Positions 33,301 to 42,285 of a stretch of 64,000 nucleotides of DNA are shown in pieces (the stretch's first letter is position 1; each line of letters opens with the position of its first letter). The notes under the pieces were generated by a model. It saw nothing but the letters and a program-made list of their open reading frames with translations, did not search any database and was not told the origin of the DNA. Position numbers and translations under genes: made by a program. The DNA is taken from the NCBI GenBank assembly GCA_020184695.1, contig JAANOX010000212.1:6504-70503 (forward strand). The letters are read 5' to 3'. The DNA comes from Histomonas meleagridis 2922-C6/04-290x. Taxonomy: Eukaryota > Protista > Parabasalia.

Positions 33301-33961
33301 AACATTTCGATCTGATTCGAATATATTACGTAATGACATTCCGCAATACGCAGCATATAATAATAAGGACTCGAAGTTAATCACTGGAAGAGGAAACTCG
33401 ACAATTAATTTATGGGATTTAAAGAAACAAAAACTAATTTATGAATTCGAAAACATTAATAATAATAACTTTAATAACTTTATTACATCAATACAAATCT
33501 CGAATTCGAACAATTTATGTTTCATTGGTTATAACAATGGACAAATTAATGTAATCGATTTAAATAATTATTTAAGTAATAATTCGATATATAAATTAAT
33601 TAATATAAATAGTAACAAAATTTTAAACATAAAAAATTATTTAAATAATAAAATTATTATTGTGTCAACAAATGGTTACATATTAAAGAATTGGAATAAC
33701 CTAAAAAAACAATTCGAAAACGAATTCAAAATTAACTTCTTGATCGAAATGTTCGATATACATAAAGAGCTTCCGATTATGGCTATAGGTAACAAAGACT
33801 CGGCACCGAAGATATTCGACTTGAACGGGAAAATGTTGTTGGATTTGGGCACTATGCAAAGCGGCCTCGAAGGATCTCTCTTCGCGTTCAATAAGAAGCA
33901 CCCAATAATTAACGTGGTAAGTCCAAAGGGCGAAATCTACTCATATAACGTTATGATTTGA
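30332..33961 (+). CDS. RPTOR: Raptor/KOG1-like TORC1 subunit (RNC domain, HEAT repeats, WD40)
   Basis: RVLFHYVGYGYP, FIFDCDKAG, LPEDSHLPRDFLTSCLLTPI, HHSLWIQWEHTLD; WD40 signatures IHLWD and INLWD; Asn-rich linkers. Confidence 0.85.
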   Translation: MEKSRGMIRTNNINFNSLKDEYGSDYDFEYSEGETSEDLSLNLNSRHTFFRTIEQHLNSIDPNVPNNSTISNLCDYDEEDFAIDRKNRPFIPRKEVRVLPIDHAIIMVFSYSQLTFPKSEYNHTFPPNIHWINPKNTPLNDLVSNVQYSYHLLYQKLRTQLSFQHIAAPSADKLNQLKNIRRDKSISRVLFHYVGYGYPITEDGNIYSYNPLSNSFLGYPIQSLFKTIGTPLFFIFDCDKAGSLLQPLISCANELLGTEKPKNTKGIVMKTDWEDWFAFFSTGVNEFLPEDSHLPRDFLTSCLLTPIQISIVCHILRYYSTSFKEPDFPLAYLEKACNNEEVDRLSILLDSIIDAIASDYLKPKLFSQLFRKDRLISILLRRFILAKYLLNFYNVHPMSYPQIPDMHHHSLWIQWEHTLDLWVTTNLIPPPTYIDDFYLNIIQTFSTSFQLQCPIRQSLLTLMCFAPFSGGKTCNQALNSLSQFSSATAENRVSISHVVVFHSFVAKLLTKDITPEEYHNLAYLVLTLIEMDLNIVFEIRKELNFESLIDYLFDDTQNSITRSFIAAILSSIMISMKTVKILCQRKEFLIKLKNEIPKASSQLLLWLLLLLKRTYDIIPIDIIHYYNESLHIQIASCVFHNSYECRAAAINALTSFIQNEDNQVNYYILLLTIPCIYDISYIVRYQLLLLIIKFISTHLDNINSVKIEENTNEIKSFSEFLQKCYLNKFQINFVTYLKIVDETINNENFKDMFPKIIYYLLDYFSHDPHPSIKIAAIKPQSMFRKLMEDSKTFINNMFHSSLTPPTFLSYSSNSPSFNNDAVFLDEENSSTDESYNNNNTFNNYFDNDFDTLYNISLRQLVRSKQINIKNNNNNNNKTNTNKIINNNKKVLIPQIQLRAITNINNINNNQQQNITNIIICNETSSIIISTKNKWIHSYDESLKPISKIRPSDYDVSDLQIIKLNGRNLVLICTMDGCIHLWDYKTKECNTTFRSDSNILRNDIPQYAAYNNKDSKLITGRGNSTINLWDLKKQKLIYEFENINNNNFNNFITSIQISNSNNLCFIGYNNGQINVIDLNNYLSNNSIYKLININSNKILNIKNYLNNKIIIVSTNGYILKNWNNLKKQFENEFKINFLIEMFDIHKELPIMAIGNKDSAPKIFDLNGKMLLDLGTMQSGLEGSLFAFNKKHPIINVVSPKGEIYSYNVMI

Positions 33962-34095
33962 CCCGAAAAAGTTATAGAAAATAAAAAAATGTATTTATTA
34001 GAAATAGAAAATTCTTTGAGGGACGATCAAAAGACACTGAAATGAGACGGTTTTGTAATGTTGTCACAGATTTCGACTTAATGAATTTGAGATTT

Positions 34096-34383
34096 TCAAT
34101 GTTGTTCAATATCTTCTTCTTCTTCTTCTTGATAAGATAGGTTTAAGAAATCACAAATTAATTGCATTGTTTCATGTATAGCTTTTTCATATGGTGTTCC
34201 TTTAGGAATATCTTCATTGGTCCATTGTTCGAATAGTAAAAATTCATTTGGGGTTGTATTACGAGCTTGTATTTTGTTGGCAAGATTAATTATAACTTCT
34301 TGAGGGGGAATGCCTAAATTGTCCCTAACAGCATGTTTTGTTTCAGTCCAAATTTTTTTTAGTAAGCTGTAATCTTCATTCAT
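34096..34383 (-). CDS. Small hypothetical protein (about 95 aa, acidic C-terminus)
   Basis: ATG at 34383 lies within the track ORF 34096-34452; the composition is protein-like. Confidence 0.55.
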   Translation of the reverse strand: MNEDYSLLKKIWTETKHAVRDNLGIPPQEVIINLANKIQARNTTPNEFLLFEQWTNEDIPKGTPYEKAIHETMQLICDFLNLSYQEEEEEDIEQH

Positions 34384-35061
34384 CCAACGTTCAAATGATA
34401 TGACGAAAAGTATTTTGCATACTTTATTTTCAGTTTGACGACTTAATATCATAGCTCTTTTTAAGTGTGTTCAAATGATGGAAATGTACTATCTTAAAAT
34501 TAAACAATACTTTATAACGCATTTTTGCGAGGAATTCATAAATTTATTAATTACCCATGTAAACTCATTTATTTGTACATGTTGAAAACAAAATTAATAA
34601 GATGTTATTCACAGAATATTTTTTCGAATTTCATTTCCTGTAAATAAATATTTAATTATAGAAATGAAAATGTGACAAATCTCAATTGTGATTTCGGAAT
34701 CGTGAATATTTTGAAACTAAATTGCGTAATTTGCATTTAAAGTAATGTAAAGCAAAATTATATCTATATTTTTTTTTGATGGATTCTTATTTTTCAAAAA
34801 TTTTATATTAGTAAAGTATTCAATGAATACATTATGTTCTAAAAAAAGTGCTGTCATAAATAGAACTTTTTGCGTGCATCGTTTATATTTGATTATTGTT
34901 TTCTATATAGTAACCGCATTATACGCGGAAATTTAATTCAATTTTCAATGAGCTTTGAATCAAATAAACCATCTAGGTCTGCGCCAAAATTTCTTTTATA
35001 AAAACAACTATTTATGAAAATTTTCATTTATTCCAATCATTAACTAAATGAAATCTGTCGC

Positions 35062-36318
35062 TCACTCAAAGCTCTCCCATAAATTCTGTGGTTGTGTGTC
35101 CATCTGCTTTTGGTATGGGTATTGCTTTGTTGGCATACCGTAAGATGAGTTTATTTGGTTAAATGGAGGCGGAGGCATTGGGTGGTTCCTTGGGATTGGT
35201 TGATTATACATGAACATTACATTTGGATTATGTTGAGCCTGCAATTGCATTTCAAATATGTCCGGAACTAATGATACTGTTGGCGGCCCTTGTGGCATTT
35301 GTTGCTGTTGCATATCATTCTGCTTCATATAATGATAGTAATACTCATTTTGTGTGGAACTTGCAGGCGGCGGTACGGTCGGAATGACCGGTTTCTGTTG
35401 AACTATTATCTGATCGCCATTAGAAATGTTATGTTCGCCAAAAGTAAGACTTTCGTCGACAATATCATTCTTATGTGTAAATCGAACACTCGATGGATTT
35501 AATGAGTGATTCTCGCAATACATCCGCAAAACTGAGCCAACAACTCTGCCTTTTTGGACATTAAGAGTTGTGGTTTCGCCATCAATTCCAATTACTGTGA
35601 CGGAAAGTGGCTCAGTAGAGTTCTTATCTTCGAAAAGATGAACGTATATAATATCATTGTTCTTAATATGAAACTGTAAGGCTGTCATCTCTGGTGGAAG
35701 TTGAACTCCATGATACATAAAATAATATAAACGAACATCAACATTTTGTTTCTTACAAAAACTTTCAAAGGCACAACGTAATGGTGCCGATTTGTTGACA
35801 AAAAGATTGATTTGTGGTAATTTGGTTGACTGAAATGTGACTTTGATTTTGGTTCCATATGAATATGCGGCACGACGCTTATTCTCTTTGATTTCCTCAA
35901 TTGTGGTGGGAAATTGACAGTAACTAAGTTCATATTTTGGATTTGTCGATATGAATGAATTAAGAAATGTTTCAAGTTGTTGTAAATTTAAATCTCCATA
36001 ATGTATTTTAAGAAAAGAACCATTGGACGGATCAAGTATAGCATAAAATGGTGAAGATTTAAAACGATATGTAGTTGTAAGCCAATTTCCCGATTTATCA
36101 GCGCGGCTCAAATGAAAAAATTCAAACCTTGGATTAACCATTTCTGGAAACTTTGGATCTAAAAATTGTCTTACATAACACTTTCTATTTGTAAAATATA
36201 GGAGTAAAAATTTTTGTGAATCATATGCCTTTTCGCACATTTCCATTATACGAATTGAAACAGGAGTGAATTTGAGGGTTTTCTTTAGGGTTGGTAGGGC
36301 ATTGTCTTCAGTTGACAT
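35062..36318 (-). CDS. UAS (thioredoxin-like) domain plus two SUMO/Rad60-like ubiquitin-fold domains and a Q/P-rich tail
   Basis: KFLLLYFT...YRFKSSPFYAILDPSNG is UAS-like. AFESFCKKQNVD..YYFMYHGVQL and LRMYCENHSL..VRFTHKNDIVDESLTFGEHNISNGDQI are SUMO-like. Confidence 0.65.
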   Translation of the reverse strand: MSTEDNALPTLKKTLKFTPVSIRIMEMCEKAYDSQKFLLLYFTNRKCYVRQFLDPKFPEMVNPRFEFFHLSRADKSGNWLTTTYRFKSSPFYAILDPSNGSFLKIHYGDLNLQQLETFLNSFISTNPKYELSYCQFPTTIEEIKENKRRAAYSYGTKIKVTFQSTKLPQINLFVNKSAPLRCAFESFCKKQNVDVRLYYFMYHGVQLPPEMTALQFHIKNNDIIYVHLFEDKNSTEPLSVTVIGIDGETTTLNVQKGRVVGSVLRMYCENHSLNPSSVRFTHKNDIVDESLTFGEHNISNGDQIIVQQKPVIPTVPPPASSTQNEYYYHYMKQNDMQQQQMPQGPPTVSLVPDIFEMQLQAQHNPNVMFMYNQPIPRNHPMPPPPFNQINSSYGMPTKQYPYQKQMDTQPQNLWESFE

Positions 36319-36329
36319 TTTAAGTTTGA

Positions 36330-36361
36330 CCGTTTATATTATCCGCTGTTGTCAAACCGTT
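36330..36361 (-). promoter_or_regulatory. Myb-type/M3-like elements upstream of the UAS-Ubl gene
   Basis: ccgtt at 36330 and 36357; the gene strand reads AAACGGTTT, 12-43 bp upstream of the ATG at 36318. Confidence 0.45.
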
Positions 36362-36788
36362 TTCCATTGAATTTTGGCGGTATTTTTTGTTTAAGCTCAA
36401 TTAATAATAATTAAATTTTTCTCTGAAAAAGTCAATATAACAAACAATAAAATCTTTGTATTTTCCCTGCTAAAAATTGCATCTGGAACTTATATAATAC
36501 TTTTTTGTATGCTCTTCAATAATGAAGTATATTTGTTGATTTAAAAAATGAATAAGAAACTTTAAATCAGGAACTAATCTAAAATGAATGTAATATTCAT
36601 TAAGAAGTAACAAATGGTTTTGAATTTAATGTAAGCGTTTGTGGCAATGAATAATATGTTCTTAAAATTGGTGTATCTTTTGTTTATGCTTCAAATTTTT
36701 TTTAAAAATGAACACATTTCAGTCAAATTATTTTTTCTCAAAACATAAAAATTTCTTAACATTTAAATATGCCAAAAGTTTATTTCTT

Positions 36789-37544
36789 TTAAGAAATCAA
36801 TTTTGTAACCTTAGGACGAGCTAATGTGCAAGTAAGCTTCTTAATGCCAGTCTTAGGTGCCATTCCAATCATAAGTTTAACTGCTTCTGAGAAACTTTGG
36901 CCAGCTACTGGTCCTTTATATGGGAATGCAAGGATATAAGAAACACCACCAATAGCGCCAGCAATAGTTGCTTCAGTAAGTTTTTGGAAAGCGAAACATG
37001 GGATCTTTGGTAATATTTTTGGATATACTCTTGCACCAAAATATTCATCAAGACCATTTTTAACAGTGTGATAACCGACATCATTAACAATTGAAGTAAA
37101 TAATCCATCAAATGGTTTCTTCTCCTTCTTTCTTGAGTTTTGAAGAGGGGTTGCAACTAATCTTGTTAATGTCCACATTGGTAAACCTGTTGCAGCGCCA
37201 AATAAAAGTGGATTTTTTACAGATAACTCGGCAAAGTATGGAGACTTTCTAAGAATAGTTTTTGAGATATCTTTAGATACTTGTTGAACACCAGTAATAA
37301 TACAACCATTTAAATAAGCAGGGGATTTAAATCCTTTAAGATTAAAATTATTGTTATAATAAAGCATATATGCTTCACCTGTTGTACCAGCAATAAGACC
37401 AGTTATAAAACTACTTACATATCTTTTTAATACAGCACTATCGCAACCACACCCTTTTTGAGGCTCTTCTTCTACTTGAGGTGCCGCGAAACCTTTGAAA
37501 TGAAAGAGGTAAAAATCTTTCTTCTGCATACAAAGTGATATCAT
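36789..37544 (-). CDS. Basic hydrophobic membrane protein with a weak mitochondrial-carrier-like pattern (possibly hydrogenosomal)
   Basis: Gly/Ala-rich helices followed by Pro motifs (LVATPLQNSRK, ILAFPYK). The start region is uncertain. Confidence 0.55.
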   Translation of the reverse strand: MISLCMQKKDFYLFHFKGFAAPQVEEEPQKGCGCDSAVLKRYVSSFITGLIAGTTGEAYMLYYNNNFNLKGFKSPAYLNGCIITGVQQVSKDISKTILRKSPYFAELSVKNPLLFGAATGLPMWTLTRLVATPLQNSRKKEKKPFDGLFTSIVNDVGYHTVKNGLDEYFGARVYPKILPKIPCFAFQKLTEATIAGAIGGVSYILAFPYKGPVAGQSFSEAVKLMIGMAPKTGIKKLTCTLARPKVTKLIS

Positions 37545-37664
37545 GTAAAGTTCTCAATTTACGGTTTTGAGTAAAAAATTCAATTATCGACGAACATTTT
37601 TTACATTATTTTTAACCTTTTTCCTCTATAACTTTTTCATATGTTTTTGATCGTTACCAAATTT

Positions 37665-39857
37665 CTAATCTGATAAATCAACATCAACGCCTTCCCAAAT
37701 ATCCTCATTCCCATTGCCTGCAACTACGTTTTGAACCTGATAATTTTCACCCGAAATATTCAAATTAGGGATTTCAACCTTTTCCTTATTATTAAATTTC
37801 ATCTTATTATTAGCACCCAAACTATTACCCAAACCATTCATTCCGATGCCTCCACCTATAGTTAAGTTATTAGGGTTATCCATATCTTCCAATGAGAATC
37901 TCATTTCATTTAATCCCAAATTATTTTCATTTCCCGCATCTTCTTGTTCCATTTCGTCCATTCTTTCCAACAGTTCATTAAGTAGTCCTTGATAATGTTC
38001 CATTTTATCATTTAGTCTCATATCACCTGTCAATTTAATCAATTGTTCCAAGCATTGTTGGTTTGTATTATCTATTTGATAAGCTTTTTCATAAGCGCTC
38101 AATGCCTCTTTCAACATATCCATTGATTTATAGCACGAAGCTATCATCATTATATAATTTGCTTCTTTCGGTGCTAATTCGGAAGCTCTTTCGAACAAAT
38201 GTAATGCAGTTTCATAATGTTCTTGTTTCCGATTATAAGTACCCAACCAAGTGATTACCTCCAAATCGGATGGGCAATATTTATAGCTTTCGAAATAGCA
38301 ATGGAACGCTTGTGTATCAGTTCCATCTCTATCCCAAATCGCGCCCAATCGTTTCCAGATTGCTGGGTCTGTTGGTAACACATTAAATAATCGATGTAAG
38401 CATTCGATTGACTCGACGACCATTCCAGTCTTCTCGTAGCAGTCACTAATTTCGAATGCGACTTCTGGGGAATTCGGTATAATGTTATTCAACTTATCGA
38501 AGACTTGTAATGCTTCGTCATAAGAGCCAATCATTTTGGAGACGATTCCGAAGTTATATAACGCTTCAATGCAATCGGCTTCAACGCCTATAGCTTCTAA
38601 GTATAGTTCGCGCGCTTCTTCTTCTTGCCCTAACTTCATTAAGCAGTTCCCTTTGTTCACTAACGCTTGCGCATTATATCGATCATGTTCTAATGCTGTT
38701 GTTGCATGTTTGTTCGCGTTTTCGTAGTCTTGTTCAAGGAAATATAAATAGGATAAATTGGTTGCGGCGAGTTTCATGAGCGATGGATCTTTCTTACGAA
38801 TGTTTCGTAACATCTCAATCGCTTTCGTAGCATTACGATGATTTAAATACGCTAATGCAAACGACACTTCAAACTCGCCTGCTGCTTCGGGATACTTCGA
38901 CTTCTTTAGTTGGTTTAATACAAATTCATACGACTGCTGCCAATTGGTTTCGTCTTTACTCGCAACTAATCGCGATGCTAACATGACTAAACGAATGTGT
39001 TCACGTCGCTCAATATGTAATTGATTGCCTAAAGTGTCACTGTCTGTGAGTTGTGAAGTCGATTGTGGTTTAACTGATAACATTCGGATGAATGATTCTT
39101 TGAGCTCGTCAATTGATGATAAGATTGAATGACATAAAACTAAATTGTAGCCGGTTTTGATGGTGGGCTCTTGCTTCATGGCGGCTTCGAACTCTGAGAG
39201 AGCTTTGTTGTAGTCGCGAAGTTCAATATGCGCAAGGCCACATGAATGATGAAACCGTGCAATGAGTTTGGTGTTATCTTGATGTATATGATTAATCCCC
39301 ATTTCGTAGTTCTTGACGGCATCTTGGTATTTCTTTTGCGCGTAATAAATGTTGCCGATTTCTAGATATACCATGTACATTTGTGTAAATTGTCGATCTT
39401 TTAATAGCTTCTGATAGACATGTATGGCATCATCATACATGCTGCTGGATTTGTAACAATCAGCAAGCGTTAATAAAGCTGTATGATGATATGTTTTAGA
39501 CTCTGGATCATCTAATGTATTTGTGTTGATAAACTCTTGCATGGTCTTAGATTCTTCTTTAGCTTCTTTGGCTTTAAGTAACGCATCTTGTTTATCTCCT
39601 TTGGAGATCATTTCTGCGGATTGTTGAATAAGATCCATTATGTTTTTCTTATGGTTTTTAAGAATTACTTCAGGTGATTCACTATCATCTTTAAGAAATT
39701 GAGAAAATGAATCTGCCATATGTTCAAATGGAGATAGCACTTTACGACCACCACTCGTGGTAAGACCTCCAGAACTATAACCCGCGCCTTTACGAGATGA
39801 AATAGGTCGTGAAGAAGTCGGAGGTCTCCCTCGAGAAGAAGTTAGCCTTGTAGTCAT
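37665..39857 (-). CDS. IFT88: Intraflagellar transport protein IFT88 (TPR)
   Basis: AATNLSYLYFLE, HDRYNAQALVNKGN, EAIGVEADCIEALYNFG, QAFHCYFESYKYCPSDLEVITWLG. Confidence 0.92.
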   Translation of the reverse strand: MTTRLTSSRGRPPTSSRPISSRKGAGYSSGGLTTSGGRKVLSPFEHMADSFSQFLKDDSESPEVILKNHKKNIMDLIQQSAEMISKGDKQDALLKAKEAKEESKTMQEFINTNTLDDPESKTYHHTALLTLADCYKSSSMYDDAIHVYQKLLKDRQFTQMYMVYLEIGNIYYAQKKYQDAVKNYEMGINHIHQDNTKLIARFHHSCGLAHIELRDYNKALSEFEAAMKQEPTIKTGYNLVLCHSILSSIDELKESFIRMLSVKPQSTSQLTDSDTLGNQLHIERREHIRLVMLASRLVASKDETNWQQSYEFVLNQLKKSKYPEAAGEFEVSFALAYLNHRNATKAIEMLRNIRKKDPSLMKLAATNLSYLYFLEQDYENANKHATTALEHDRYNAQALVNKGNCLMKLGQEEEARELYLEAIGVEADCIEALYNFGIVSKMIGSYDEALQVFDKLNNIIPNSPEVAFEISDCYEKTGMVVESIECLHRLFNVLPTDPAIWKRLGAIWDRDGTDTQAFHCYFESYKYCPSDLEVITWLGTYNRKQEHYETALHLFERASELAPKEANYIMMIASCYKSMDMLKEALSAYEKAYQIDNTNQQCLEQLIKLTGDMRLNDKMEHYQGLLNELLERMDEMEQEDAGNENNLGLNEMRFSLEDMDNPNNLTIGGGIGMNGLGNSLGANNKMKFNNKEKVEIPNLNISGENYQVQNVVAGNGNEDIWEGVDVDLSD

Positions 39858-40484
39858 TTTGAACCTAAATAACGGATTTCATCCGACGATCAAATTGCAT
39901 TCAATCAAAAATTGCATTCAATCAAATTAGTTGAATTAGGGTTCAAACGGTTGCCACAATTTTTATTAATTCCTGATTATCAAAATATCTATTTTTTTGT
40001 GAATAAATGGCATTTCTTAGATAAGTATCATGCTCTTTCCGAAAATTATATGCTAATTTTCTGAAAAGCTGAATATGAATTTATCAATTTTGAGATATCA
40101 AAAAAACGCTCTATTACATTAATGGTAATTTTTTAATGTTGTGTTGAATAAATCTTATTTCAATAAAACATATTCATTGATTCTATTCATTTTAAATGAG
40201 AAAATCACAATAAATTTATAATAGCTATTAACACGCTAAAAAAATATGCCAATGTTCTTCATATATAACGAGATAAAATTATTTTAAAATACAAGAACAT
40301 GAAAACTTGTTTGTCCTAGAACATTAATAAAAAATAATTTCGAAAAATAAAAAATTACATAAAATTAACGTTCCTTATTGATGACGATCATAATCAATTC
40401 AAATAATCGAACTCTTAAAACTTAAATCAAAAAAATTATTTCTTTATCAATATTATATTTAAGTCACCGTTTTAGTCAATAAGT

Positions 40485-42101
40485 TTAGACATCCTTAAAC
40501 ACCTCTTGTCGATTGACTTTTCCATATATCCACAAAGCGATCTCTCCAAGTTCGTCAATGTCCAAATCTTTTACAGCGTTTTTATATTGCTGCGTTATTA
40601 CGTTTGCTAAGTCGAGTGTATTATACGAAATCTTTGAGTACACCTTAAAGAATATTGCAGCGCTCAGGTACACAATCCATTCCTTAGGTTCATTCGAGTA
40701 AATTATTTTCGTCCAAATTTTCCAAATGTCATTTGGGAAATCTCTTTTGAAAATCATAATAAAACTCGAAAACATCCAAAACACATTCGATAGTTGGGAA
40801 TCCAAGTCAAGCCACTCATTTACAATCGGTATTAATTGGTCAAAAATCCTTCTTAAATATGTCGAAAATCGTTCACAACTACTGACAACAGAATGAAGGA
40901 ACTCATCAAATTTGATCGAAATTAACATCTGATGAAAACACCAGAAAATTTTGGGGCAAATTTGTTCATCTTCATTTATGATAGATTTGCCATTTTCCCA
41001 ATTTGATATAAATAACTCGATAAATGGAACACATATGTCATTCATTCCTTGGACATAGCCAATATAAGGATTATAAACGGAATATGAGCGTAAAAGTTCA
41101 TATAAAATTTCTCTTGCAGATGCATCTGTGCTTTTAAATAAAGTGGATTCTGTACGTGCTACATCATTTGCAATAACTTTAAAATGTTTTTCTAATCTAG
41201 TATTTGATCGAAGTTGATTAGTTTCCATGATGATTTTTACTTTTTCAACTAAATATTTATATTGAGAAATAAAACTTTGTTCTGTATCTTTGTTCCATCC
41301 AAATGTTATAGGAATTATTTGTTTTAATGCTTCTGTTTCTACACCACTGGCATATAAACGGTTTCTTAGTTCACTGGAAATTGTTTCGAGACCGTTTATT
41401 TCATCAAGCGTCACTTTTTTGGGTTTGACTGAATTATCTTTTTGAAAAGAAAAATCTTGAAGCAACTTATTAATTTCTGAATTTACCACAAATCCTATAG
41501 GATAAGGTGGATTTAATAGTATAGACTTGTTGTGACACATATCAGTTACCATATTAAGATGTGTTTCTTGAAGATTTTTCCAAAGTTCTTTGACATTTGT
41601 ACCAAATTTAGTTTCATGACAATTTGTTATTGGACAAATTTGGAATTTAGGTTGCTCTATAAAATGTAATAACAACTTGTTACTATTGTCAGTTATGGGA
41701 ATGGCAATTCCATTAATAACAATAAAACGCAGAAAAAGAAAAAAATTTTGGATGTCATTTGCACAATATTTAAACCTTATATTTTCGCTTTCGAAAGTAA
41801 TTTCTGGTTTTGTATCAGATTCTTGAATTTCGAAATGAGTGATTTTATTTGTTAAAACATGTGTTTTTTCTTGTTCTGCTTTTTGAATCATGCTTAAAGG
41901 AATACGCAATAAATCATGGAAATAGATATTATTCTGATATTCCCAATATTTATATTTTGAAAAAAATGAGAAATATTTATTTCCATCAAATTCGGAAATG
42001 AAAAATACACCTTCATTTCTGTCGTTTTTGTTCATATCAATTATATAATCGCATTGTGCCAAAAATTTATATTTTTTCTCTTTGGGTTCTTCCTTCTTCA
42101 T
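40485..42101 (-). CDS. TBC-domain Rab GTPase-activating protein, catalytic fingers intact
   Basis: IANDVART (Arg finger), IGYVQGMNDI (Gln finger), FWCF, MIFKRDF..IWKIW. Confidence 0.88.
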   Translation of the reverse strand: MKKEEPKEKKYKFLAQCDYIIDMNKNDRNEGVFFISEFDGNKYFSFFSKYKYWEYQNNIYFHDLLRIPLSMIQKAEQEKTHVLTNKITHFEIQESDTKPEITFESENIRFKYCANDIQNFFLFLRFIVINGIAIPITDNSNKLLLHFIEQPKFQICPITNCHETKFGTNVKELWKNLQETHLNMVTDMCHNKSILLNPPYPIGFVVNSEINKLLQDFSFQKDNSVKPKKVTLDEINGLETISSELRNRLYASGVETEALKQIIPITFGWNKDTEQSFISQYKYLVEKVKIIMETNQLRSNTRLEKHFKVIANDVARTESTLFKSTDASAREILYELLRSYSVYNPYIGYVQGMNDICVPFIELFISNWENGKSIINEDEQICPKIFWCFHQMLISIKFDEFLHSVVSSCERFSTYLRRIFDQLIPIVNEWLDLDSQLSNVFWMFSSFIMIFKRDFPNDIWKIWTKIIYSNEPKEWIVYLSAAIFFKVYSKISYNTLDLANVITQQYKNAVKDLDIDELGEIALWIYGKVNRQEVFKDV

Positions 42102-42285
42102 TTAAAATAAGAAATTGTATAGTGTCAAGAAAAATTACTTTCAACGTCTCTTTTTCATAAACCACTCAAATTTTTATCTTTTTTTTTTTTAAACGAAACA
42201 AAGAAACAAATCGAATAATTTTAAGAAAAATATATTTTATATTTCAATTTTATTTTTATCCAACAAACAGATATATTTATATTTT

